A DNA stretch of 40,802 nt from Candidatus Taylorbacteria bacterium RIFCSPHIGHO2_02_FULL_44_12. Lineage in GTDB: Bacteria > Patescibacteriota > Minisyncoccia > Phycocordibacterales > PALSA-1337. Made by a program: the position numbers and the translations under genes. The stretch spans positions 6,846 to 47,647 of the forward strand of contig MHRM01000012.1 of the NCBI GenBank assembly GCA_001822575.1, written 5' to 3'. This document shows, piece after piece, positions 24,866 to 31,928 of the stretch (the first letter of the stretch is position 1; every line of letters starts with the position of its first letter). The notes under the pieces are model-generated. The model was not told where the DNA came from. It ran no database searches and was given only the letters and a program-made list of their open reading frames with translations.

Positions 24866-25043
24866 TAATTTTATGAATTAGTCTAATATCGCCAGTCTGA
24901 ATAATCCAAGCATAAGACAAAAAACCAGACAAAAGCATAGATAACAAAGAGGTGTATATCAACACTTCTATGATAGTCAGACCATTTGATCTTGAATATT
25001 CCAATGGCCGATATTTTTTGATTTTAAGGAAAAAATATTTCAT
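24843..25043 (-). CDS. Small type IV pilin-like protein
   Basis: It has the class III signal motif SNG|LTIIEVLIYTSLLSMLL with Glu at +5. The start was taken at MKYFF (ATG at 25043), and the ORF track extends to 25088. Confidence 0.6.
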   Translation of the reverse strand: MKYFFLKIKKYRPLEYSRSNGLTIIEVLIYTSLLSMLLSGFLSYAWIIQTGDIRLIHKINDAYVTP

Positions 25044-26421
25044 ATATCTTGGGCATAGCCGCATCCAGGATGTACAAATGATCGCCATCGCAAGTCAAAG
25101 TCCGAGGGAAAGCAGGTAATGAATAAATTTCCGATGAAGTGGAAACCAGAGAACGATTGAATATCATCAATTCTCGCCCAGCCTGCCTCGTAGCCACATA
25201 AGTGTGGTTTTTGTCCATAACAAGACCATAAATACCGCCTGGAATATCCAGAGAAAATGGAGCATCCAAACTGGCTGAAGACAGAGCGGGCCAACTGAAC
25301 AATTCATGGTCCTTGGCAATGTTGAATCCGCCGACCGTCCTGCCAAAACCAAGTGCTCCCTCAAACATAGAAAGGACCTTCCCTTCCTGCCTTTCCCAGC
25401 CAGAAGGTGTCAATAAACTCAATAAAAACGGACGGAATGGATCGGCAATATCTATAACTCTTAATTGCGGGAAATGAGCCGAGGCGATATAGGCTAGAGA
25501 ATTATTGACGGAAATATCACCGACCCGACTACCGATCTCCATTCCAGCAATCTTGATCGGTGCCAGCGGATTTTGAATATCAATAATAGAAAACTCCTGA
25601 CCATCCCACTTCTCGGTACCAAGATATACACGATCAAATCGGCTGAATATACTGCTTCCCCAAGGGAGTGTTGCTGTGGCGTATGGCAGTGGCAAACGGT
25701 ATGTTCGCTCCAAAATCGGAGACTCCAGCCTATCTAGACGAATGATATGAAGCTGTGCCAAAGTGCTAGCCGCCGCCGCAAAAATCCTTTTGCCGACAAT
25801 AGAAAGAGAAACGAGGCCCGGGCCAGTATTCAGTGTGGAAAGAATAGACGGTGAATCTGGATGGCGAATATCAGCAATGATGATATCTGGGTCACTGGCA
25901 GTAGCCGAGTCCGTGGAAATATAAGCTATGCCATTTCGGACTTCCAGATCGGTCAATGGTAAAGAAGGATTAATCGGTAATATGATCCGCCGTATTAACG
26001 GCTGTTGAATCGCAGGAAATAAGCCCTCAAAAGAGCCGATAATTTTATTATTCCTAAAATCCGCCGAACAAAGAGGTGTGCCGGTAGACACAATAAGATT
26101 TGGAAGTACGGGCCTCCTTATAGCAGTGAAAACGAGGTAATCTAAAGTAATATTATTTTCAATCAGATCATTTCCATAAGAATTTTGATTTACAACGCCA
26201 AGACCAGATTGATAATTGTCAATTAGAACTCTCCTATCACGAGCTCGCTCAAATATATTACCCGCGACCAAGTAAGCCTGGGCTATCACAGCTACAAAAA
26301 GAGCCGATAAAGCCAAAGCCAACATTATGTCCATGACGATAAAACCTTTCTTCGGACAAACTGATCCTGGTTCGGATTTGTTGGCAATCCTATCAATGTT
26401 TAAGTACTCTAGAAATATCAT
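25024..26421 (-). CDS. Large pilin-like protein: prepilin-type N-terminus fused to an LVIVD-repeat beta-propeller (putative pilus tip / adhesin subunit)
   Basis: 465 aa. KKG|FIVMDIMLALALSALFVAV is followed by repeated motifs of the type hydrophobic-x-(I/V)-D-I-x-x-P. These are DIIIADIRHPDSP, FSIIDIQNPLAP, LRVIDIADPFRP and LHIIRLDRLESP. Confidence 0.6.
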   Translation of the reverse strand: MIFLEYLNIDRIANKSEPGSVCPKKGFIVMDIMLALALSALFVAVIAQAYLVAGNIFERARDRRVLIDNYQSGLGVVNQNSYGNDLIENNITLDYLVFTAIRRPVLPNLIVSTGTPLCSADFRNNKIIGSFEGLFPAIQQPLIRRIILPINPSLPLTDLEVRNGIAYISTDSATASDPDIIIADIRHPDSPSILSTLNTGPGLVSLSIVGKRIFAAAASTLAQLHIIRLDRLESPILERTYRLPLPYATATLPWGSSIFSRFDRVYLGTEKWDGQEFSIIDIQNPLAPIKIAGMEIGSRVGDISVNNSLAYIASAHFPQLRVIDIADPFRPFLLSLLTPSGWERQEGKVLSMFEGALGFGRTVGGFNIAKDHELFSWPALSSASLDAPFSLDIPGGIYGLVMDKNHTYVATRQAGRELMIFNRSLVSTSSEIYSLPAFPRTLTCDGDHLYILDAAMPKIYEIFFP

Positions 26422-27445
26422 AGATTGGTAACATAATGGATATGGCTATAGCCGCCACGATGCACCCCATGGCCGCCATCATTAGGGGTTCCAGAAGAGC
26501 GGTGGATCTCTTCAATCCATGATCAATATCTCGCCCCAGAATATCGGCCGCCCGAATCAGACAAAGACCCAAAGTGCCCGAAGCTTCTCCTGCCGAAACG
26601 ATCGGGGTAATATAGCCGGGGATAGTCTTGTCGGAAAAAACACGACTCAAAGACCCGCCGCCGGTGATATCAATGACTCCTTTTTCCAGGATATTCCGCA
26701 AAGGCAGGAATGGCAGAACTAGAACAGCGTTTTTATAAGCCAAAATAACCGACATCCCAGATTCAACCAAAGTGCCAGCAGAACGCAAAAATACGGCCAG
26801 AGAATAATCCTGAATGATTCTGCCGATTATCGGTATTGCTTTGAGCAAGCGTTGATATAGATATCTGAAATGTTGATATTTTTTGTAAGCCCAATAAGCT
26901 CCAAAAACGATCAGGAGAACACCAATCACAAACACTAACCCGTAAGACAATAAACCCTCCGATACAGCCATCACTAATCGCGTCAAAAACGGCAAGGGCA
27001 CATTTAGACTTTTGAGCAGCGGAATGATCTGTGGCATGATGCCGCGCATCAACCCAATAGTAATAATGCCAGCGAACAAGGCGATGGTCAGAGGATAGAC
27101 TAGAGCTGATATACATCTTTTTAACAATTCATCTTGGCGCTCCAAGAGAATACGGGCATCGCCAAGAGCTTTGGCCAACAAGCCAGATTTCTGTCCATGC
27201 TGTATGAGACTGACGGATGTGGCAGACATGCCTGTAAATTGGGAAAGAGCCCGCGACAAGGATCCGCCTGATTGGACCATTGCATAGACTTGTCGTAACG
27301 ACCCAGAATGGCCCTTGGAAATACCTTGGAGAGCGGCCTCCAAAGCAGAAGATATCGTAACTCCCGCTGAAATACACAATTCCAACCGCTCCAAAAGAAG
27401 TATGACATCTCTCCGCTTCCAATTTTTATTTCTTATTTTTTTCAT
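26393..27445 (-). CDS. pilC: Type II secretion / type IV pilus platform protein (GspF / PilC / ComGB family)
   Basis: There are two T2SSF-like repeats and three TM segments. The start was taken at MKKIRNK (ATG at 27445). The 41-codon N-terminal extension in the ORF track runs through the palindromic repeat at 27468-27615. Confidence 0.8.
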   Translation of the reverse strand: MKKIRNKNWKRRDVILLLERLELCISAGVTISSALEAALQGISKGHSGSLRQVYAMVQSGGSLSRALSQFTGMSATSVSLIQHGQKSGLLAKALGDARILLERQDELLKRCISALVYPLTIALFAGIITIGLMRGIMPQIIPLLKSLNVPLPFLTRLVMAVSEGLLSYGLVFVIGVLLIVFGAYWAYKKYQHFRYLYQRLLKAIPIIGRIIQDYSLAVFLRSAGTLVESGMSVILAYKNAVLVLPFLPLRNILEKGVIDITGGGSLSRVFSDKTIPGYITPIVSAGEASGTLGLCLIRAADILGRDIDHGLKRSTALLEPLMMAAMGCIVAAIAISIMLPIYDISRVLKH

Positions 27446-27467
27446 AAAAATAGTATTAGATCCACAA

Positions 27468-27615
27468 GCCCGACGAACATGTGCCCTGCGCTGCCTCGCA
27501 ATGCGTTTGAGCCCCCGAGAATGACCCCTATTTTGGTCGCTCCCGCGAGCCAAAATAGGGTTTGCCATTCGACGGGGCGACCTTGCGAGGCAGCGCGGGG
27601 CACATGTTCGTCTGG
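27468..27615. repeat. 148-nt palindromic element made of two inverted half-units, in the pilB-pilC intergenic region
   Basis: The 30-bp outer stem pairs GACGAACATGTGCCCTGCGCTGCCTCGCAA (27472-27501) with TTGCGAGGCAGCGCGGGGCACATGTTCGTC (27583-27612), with one G-T pair. The central hairpin is CCCTATTTTGG-TCGC-TCCC-GCGA-G-CCAAAATAGGG (27526-27560). Single half-units occur at 18623-18682 and 36121-36186. Confidence 0.85.
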
Positions 27616-27625
27616 TTCTTTGTCT

Positions 27626-28759
27626 TCATGTAGATAAAACTCTAATAATTTCTTCCGGAGTCGTTATACCCCATTGAACTTTTTCGGCTCCATCCTCCGA
27701 CATTGGACGAAAACCATGTGCCGAAGCATATTCTTGGCAGGCTGACAATGATCCAGAATCAGCGATTATCTTCTTCATAGCCTCATCAATAGAGAAAACC
27801 TCGGCTATGATTGACCGACCAGCATAACCACTATGACGACAAACAGTACAGCCAACCCCAAAACACTCACGGCATATAGTCCTGACTAGTCTTTGACCAA
27901 TGATCAATCGAATAGTGGCGGCAATGAGATAACGGTCAACGCCCATATCAACAAGTCTAGTCAAAACTTCAGAGGCTGAACCGGTATGGATGGTAGACAA
28001 AACAAGATGTCCGGTCAGAGCAGTATGGACTGCCACCCGAGCAGTCTCTCTATCACGAATCTCACCGACCATGATGATGTCCGGATCCTGGCGAACGGCC
28101 GCTCTTAACCCGCTTGAAAATGTTACACCGCTTGATTCGCGAGCATGAACTTGTCTAATTCCGGCAATTTCGTACTCTATTGGATCCTCAAGAGTGATGA
28201 TAGATATAGGTTGTCTGGCCTTGATGGATAGACAAGCATGGAGAGTGGTAGTTTTGCCAGAACCAGTCGGTCCGGCCACCAATATCAGTCCTGTAGTGGC
28301 CTGAAGAGCTCTATCAATAGCCTGAACATGCTCCGGAGTAAAACCAAGCCGAGCAAATGACAATTCTGTCAGAGGTCTGGCGGGCAATAGTCTAACCACG
28401 GCATTTTCTCCGTGGTATGTCGGCATGAATGATACACGGACATTGTATAAAGCAGATGCTATACACGCTCTCCAACGACCATCTTGAGGAATGGCATGAA
28501 TATCTGTTCGTGCTCCAGAGAGGATTTTGAGCCTAGCTATCATTTCTTCATGAAAATCCTTAGACAGTACCCCAGCTTCCTCCATCACTCCATCAATACG
28601 CAAACGGATCAAAATATCCTCTATTCGTGGATCAATATGAATATCTGAAGCTCGCGAATGGGCGGCCTGAACAAGGATATCTTCAATGATTTCCATGGCT
28701 GTCTTTGCTTGAATGGGAAACAAAACTTTTAACTCTTTCTTTGTCTGTATTTCATTCAT
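27626..28759 (-). CDS. pilB: Type II/IV secretion ATPase (GspE / PilB / ComGA family)
   Basis: It has Walker A (GPTGSGKTTT), Asp and His boxes, Walker B (DPDIIMVGEIRD) and a tetra-Cys motif (CRECFGVGCTVCRHSGYAGR). The start was taken at the ATG at 28759 (MNEIQ), and a TTG lies at 28765 in the track. Confidence 0.88.
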   Translation of the reverse strand: MNEIQTKKELKVLFPIQAKTAMEIIEDILVQAAHSRASDIHIDPRIEDILIRLRIDGVMEEAGVLSKDFHEEMIARLKILSGARTDIHAIPQDGRWRACIASALYNVRVSFMPTYHGENAVVRLLPARPLTELSFARLGFTPEHVQAIDRALQATTGLILVAGPTGSGKTTTLHACLSIKARQPISIITLEDPIEYEIAGIRQVHARESSGVTFSSGLRAAVRQDPDIIMVGEIRDRETARVAVHTALTGHLVLSTIHTGSASEVLTRLVDMGVDRYLIAATIRLIIGQRLVRTICRECFGVGCTVCRHSGYAGRSIIAEVFSIDEAMKKIIADSGSLSACQEYASAHGFRPMSEDGAEKVQWGITTPEEIIRVLST

Positions 28760-28765
28760 AGTCAA

Positions 28766-28774
28766 AGCCTAACA
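28766..28774 (-). promoter_or_regulatory. Extended -10 (TGTTAGGCT) 6 nt upstream of the pilB ATG (leaderless configuration)
   Basis: The minus strand reads TGT-TAGGCT-TTGACT-ATG(28759). Confidence 0.4.
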
Positions 28775-28842
28775 GTAGAAGATAAAATATCTCTGAATAA
28801 GTGTTAAAGAATAGCCAATAAATCCTTCAAGTTTTGGGAAAA

Positions 28843-28865
28843 CCATGGAGGTCGGACCTCCATGG
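28843..28865. repeat. Dispersed palindrome family, copy 5: perfect 23-nt palindrome CCATGGAGGTC-G-GACCTCCATGG
   Basis: It lies in the divergent pilB/hisS intergenic region and has the same core as the other copies. Confidence 0.85.
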
Positions 28866-28895
28866 TCCTCATACTTCCCCTATCATCCCGTTTTC

Positions 28896-28904
28896 TGCTA
28901 GAAT
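28896..28904 (+). promoter_or_regulatory. Extended -10 (TGCTAGAAT) 6 nt upstream of the hisS ATG (leaderless configuration)
   Basis: The sequence is TGC-TAGAAT-GCGTTC-ATG(28911). Confidence 0.5.
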
Positions 28905-28910
28905 GCGTTC

Positions 28911-30314
28911 ATGAAAAAAAGTGTCCTATCAACCGAGCCATACAAGGGCGTCCGTGATTTTTTCCCCGCGGATATGGCCGCGGAAAGAAAGATTTTTGAT
29001 ATTTGGAGAAAAACTGTGGAAAAGTACGGCTATGAAGAGTACGGAGCCTCCGTCCTGGAGCCAGCCGAACTATACAGAGCCAAAAGCGGTGAAGAGCTTG
29101 TCAATGAGCAGACATACACTTTCACCGACCGAGGCGACCGCCAAGTCACTCTCCGCCCAGAGATGACTCCGACTGTGGCTAGAATGGTATCAGCCAAGCG
29201 ACGCGAGCTGTCTTTCCCTCTTCGCTGGTACTCTATACCCAACTTATTCCGATATGAACAACCCCAGCGTGGCCGTCTGCGTGAGCACTGGCAGCTCAAT
29301 GTGGATATTTTTGGCGTTGAATCCATAAATGCCGAGATAGAAATCATCAGTATCGCCCATGATATCGTTTGTGCTTATGGCCTCAAAGAGAACGATTTTG
29401 AGATCAGAATCAACAATAGGAAGCTGATGAATTACCTATTCAAAGAAGTTTTTGGCTTGAATGAGGAGGCTACCAAGAAGATGTCTAGACTGATAGATAA
29501 GAAAAATAAAATCTCAAAAGAGGATTTTGAGAAAGGTGTCAGAGAAGTTTTTGACAATCTCACAATTACATCACCGCGCCCTCTCGGCGAGAGCAGCTCT
29601 CCCTTCGTTTCGCAAGCGAAAGTGGGGAGACTGCTCCCGCCTGTGGGTGCGGCTAACGGGAAACTTTCTGATAAATTACTTTCCCTATTAAACTCCCAAA
29701 CCCTTGAAGAATTATCTTCTCAACTGCCAAAAAATGTGGGAGAAAATGAAGGAATAAAAGAGATCCAAAATGTAATTCAAAACCTAGAGAAACTCGGCAT
29801 AACCAATGTCCGTTTTGACCAGTCCTTGATGCGTGGCTTTGATTATTATACCGGGATTGTCTTTGAGATATTTGACCAGAACCCCGTCAATAAGCGTTCT
29901 GTTTTTGGCGGAGGTCGATATGACGATCTCCTGTCAATTTTTGGCGGAGATAAAATTCCAGCTGTGGGATTCGGAGCTGGCGATGTGGCGGCCCGAGATC
30001 TTATGGAGACTTATGGCAATATTTCAGAGACTGATTCATCGGCTGATTTGTATATTTGCACAATTGGAAAACAAAATATTTCCTATGCCTTGAAACTGGC
30101 CCAAAAGCTGCGCCAAAATGAGACCCGAGTTACGGTTGATTTTTCCGAAAAGAAAGTCGGCGACCAGATAGCTTCGGCTGTTAAATATGGTATTCCCAAA
30201 GTCATCTGCATTGGAGACGAAGAAGTGAAAACCACCAAGTTCAAAATTAAAACCCTTGAAACAGGCCAGGAAGTCACTGTCCAGGAAGAAGAACTAATCA
30301 AGAGTCTATTGTAA
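28911..30314 (+). CDS. hisS: Histidine--tRNA ligase (catalytically canonical), carrying an in-frame repeat-derived insertion
   Basis: 467 aa. Motif 1 is LRPEMT, motif 2 is FRYEQPQRGRLREHWQLNVDIFG and motif 3 is GGGRYDDL. GFDYYTG and a C-terminal anticodon-binding domain are also present. Confidence 0.92.
   Translation: MKKSVLSTEPYKGVRDFFPADMAAERKIFDIWRKTVEKYGYEEYGASVLEPAELYRAKSGEELVNEQTYTFTDRGDRQVTLRPEMTPTVARMVSAKRRELSFPLRWYSIPNLFRYEQPQRGRLREHWQLNVDIFGVESINAEIEIISIAHDIVCAYGLKENDFEIRINNRKLMNYLFKEVFGLNEEATKKMSRLIDKKNKISKEDFEKGVREVFDNLTITSPRPLGESSSPFVSQAKVGRLLPPVGAANGKLSDKLLSLLNSQTLEELSSQLPKNVGENEGIKEIQNVIQNLEKLGITNVRFDQSLMRGFDYYTGIVFEIFDQNPVNKRSVFGGGRYDDLLSIFGGDKIPAVGFGAGDVAARDLMETYGNISETDSSADLYICTIGKQNISYALKLAQKLRQNETRVTVDFSEKKVGDQIASAVKYGIPKVICIGDEEVKTTKFKIKTLETGQEVTVQEEELIKSLL
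29572..29660. repeat. Structured palindromic element inside the hisS reading frame (translated as ...SPRPLGESSSPFVSQAKVGRLLPPVGAANG...)
   Basis: It is a nucleotide-level paralogue of intergenic 14589-14677. It folds into the same nested hairpin, with compensatory changes in the stems. Confidence 0.85.
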
Positions 30315-30390
30315 TCTAATGCCGTATTTTACAAGATTCAAGATTCTCTGAATTAGATTTTGAAGAGGCTTTAAGCTTATGAACAGATTC

Positions 30391-30396
30391 TAGATT
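30391..30396 (+). promoter_or_regulatory. Candidate -10 (TAGATT) 8 nt upstream of the ATG at 30405
   Basis: The sequence is TAGATT-GCAAACAC-ATG. Confidence 0.3.
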
Positions 30397-30404
30397 GCAA
30401 ACAC

Positions 30405-30980
30405 ATGCGGACTATCACCTTTGATCTTGAAACTAGAAATTTCTTCCAGGATGTCGGCTCCAATGATCCAGCCGATTTGGATATTTCGGTTGTCTGCATC
30501 CATGATTCTCTGGACGATTCTTTCAAGAGCTTTACCCAGTCAAATATCGGAAAACTCTGGCCTATACTAGAACAAGCGGACATCATAGTGTCTTGGAATG
30601 GTGAACATTTTGACATTCCTATACTGAACAAATACTATTCAGGGGATCTAAAGAAAATAAAGAGCATTGATCTTTTGAAAGAAGTCCAGAAAGTCCTCGG
30701 TCGTCGGCTCAAACTAGATACTGTCGGCCTAGCCACTCTAGGTAGAAAAAAGTCCGGTCACGGCTCCCAGGCCGTAGAATGGTGGCATCAAGGCGAAATA
30801 GAAAAAATTATCACCTATTGTATTGAGGATGTCAGATTGACCAGAGACTTGTACAACTATGCTCGTATCAATAATCATCTCAAATATATAGATCTCGGAG
30901 TGATCAAAGAGATTAAGATTGATACCTTGAACTGGTCAATTCCAGAATCAACCTCTATGCCCTTGACTCTGCCTTTTTGA
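30405..30980 (+). CDS. DEDD-type 3'-5' exonuclease (RNase H-like superfamily, PolB-exo/YprB-like)
   Basis: 191 aa. Exo I is ITFDLET, Exo II is SWNGEHFDIPIL and Exo III is YCIEDVRLTRDLY. Confidence 0.7.
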   Translation: MRTITFDLETRNFFQDVGSNDPADLDISVVCIHDSLDDSFKSFTQSNIGKLWPILEQADIIVSWNGEHFDIPILNKYYSGDLKKIKSIDLLKEVQKVLGRRLKLDTVGLATLGRKKSGHGSQAVEWWHQGEIEKIITYCIEDVRLTRDLYNYARINNHLKYIDLGVIKEIKIDTLNWSIPESTSMPLTLPF

Positions 30981-30983
30981 TTC

Positions 30984-31000
30984 CATAGGTCGGACCTCTG
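30984..31000. repeat. Dispersed palindrome family, copy 6 (CATAGGTCGGACCTCTG, inverted orientation)
   Basis: It is the reverse orientation of the CAGAGGTCGGACCTATG core seen at 4863-4879 and 16080-16096. Confidence 0.8.
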
Positions 31001-31009
31001 TGCTAATAT
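31001..31009 (+). promoter_or_regulatory. Extended -10 (TGCTAATAT) 7 nt upstream of the ATG at 31017
   Basis: The sequence is TGC-TAATAT-TGATTAT-ATG. Confidence 0.45.
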
Positions 31010-31016
31010 TGATTAT

Positions 31017-31766
31017 ATGGAAAATACTGGTCATTCATCATTGACTCTTCCCGGCGCCATAGTCATCGCTGGAGCCATCATCGCCATTGCCATCATATGG
31101 GTAAACAAACCAGCAAATATTGCCTCTCAAGACGGTGAAAATATCCAACAGACCGCTGTCTCAATCATGCCTATAAGCAATGCCGATCACATTCTCGGTA
31201 ACCCCAACGCTCCGATCAAGATCGTGGAATACTCTGATCCTTCTTGCCCATTTTGCAAGATGTTCCACACCACTATGCTTCGTATCATCAATGAATATGG
31301 GCCGACGGGCAAGGTAGCTTGGGTATATCGCCACTTCCCAATTGACAAAGAAGGCACTCGGCCTGATGGTGGGATCCTGCACCCGAATGCCGGACACGAA
31401 TCCCAAGCCCTTGAATGCGCCGCGGATCAGGGCAGCAATGATGCTTTTTGGGCCTTTGCGAATCGTCTTTATGAAGTGACTCCTTCAGTTACTTCACAAA
31501 CTCCCAACGGTCTTGACCAAAAAGAACTGCCCAATATCGCCGCCTTTGTGAAGCTCAATGTGGTTTTATTCAATCAATGCTTGGCCAGCGGAAAATTCAA
31601 AGCTGTAGTAGAAAAACACTATCTGGATGGCATCAACGCCGGAATTTCCGGAACCCCACACTCCATCATCATCACCCCATCAGGCTCTCAAATCCCCCTA
31701 GTCGGCGCTCAACCCTACGAAACCATCAAGGCCGCCCTTGACGCATTATTGCCGGAGGCAAAATAA
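31017..31766 (+). CDS. DsbA-family thiol:disulfide oxidoreductase, membrane-anchored
   Basis: 249 aa with an N-terminal TM helix, the thioredoxin-fold active site CPFC, and GTPHSIIITP (cis-Pro loop region). Confidence 0.8.
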   Translation: MENTGHSSLTLPGAIVIAGAIIAIAIIWVNKPANIASQDGENIQQTAVSIMPISNADHILGNPNAPIKIVEYSDPSCPFCKMFHTTMLRIINEYGPTGKVAWVYRHFPIDKEGTRPDGGILHPNAGHESQALECAADQGSNDAFWAFANRLYEVTPSVTSQTPNGLDQKELPNIAAFVKLNVVLFNQCLASGKFKAVVEKHYLDGINAGISGTPHSIIITPSGSQIPLVGAQPYETIKAALDALLPEAK

Positions 31767-31793
31767 TCAAATACAGATAAGTTGCAATGTGAA

Positions 31794-31919
31794 CCGCAAA
31801 AAACTCCTCACATTCTTGTGGAGACATTGCCAGAGGCCTCAAACCACAGAATCTAAACTTTAGACATAAATATTTGAATCAAGATGAGTCTCCACAAGAA
31901 TGTGAGGAGTTTTTTGCGG
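31794..31919. repeat. 126-nt element bounded by perfect 32-bp inverted repeats at a convergent junction
   Basis: CCGCAAAAAACTCCTCACATTCTTGTGGAGAC (31794-31825) pairs with GTCTCCACAAGAATGTGAGGAGTTTTTTGCGG (31888-31919), with a 62-nt spacer. Confidence 0.9.
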
Positions 31920-31928
31920 AGTAAAACC

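Noticed and set aside
27446-27568. The 41-codon N-terminal extension of the pilC ORF (MANPILARGSDQNRGHSRGLKRIARQRRAHVRRACGSNTIF...)
   Set aside because: It is encoded entirely by the palindromic repeat at 27468-27615 and is Arg-rich junk typical of translated GC-rich repeats. A good internal start (MKKIRNK, ATG at 27445) precedes the conserved GspF domain.
30315-30404. AGATTC/AGATTT short direct repeats downstream of hisS as a possible regulatory array or terminator
   Set aside because: Only 6-7-nt units with irregular spacing are present, and no stable hairpin forms (maximum 4 bp). This is compatible with chance in AT-rich spacer DNA.
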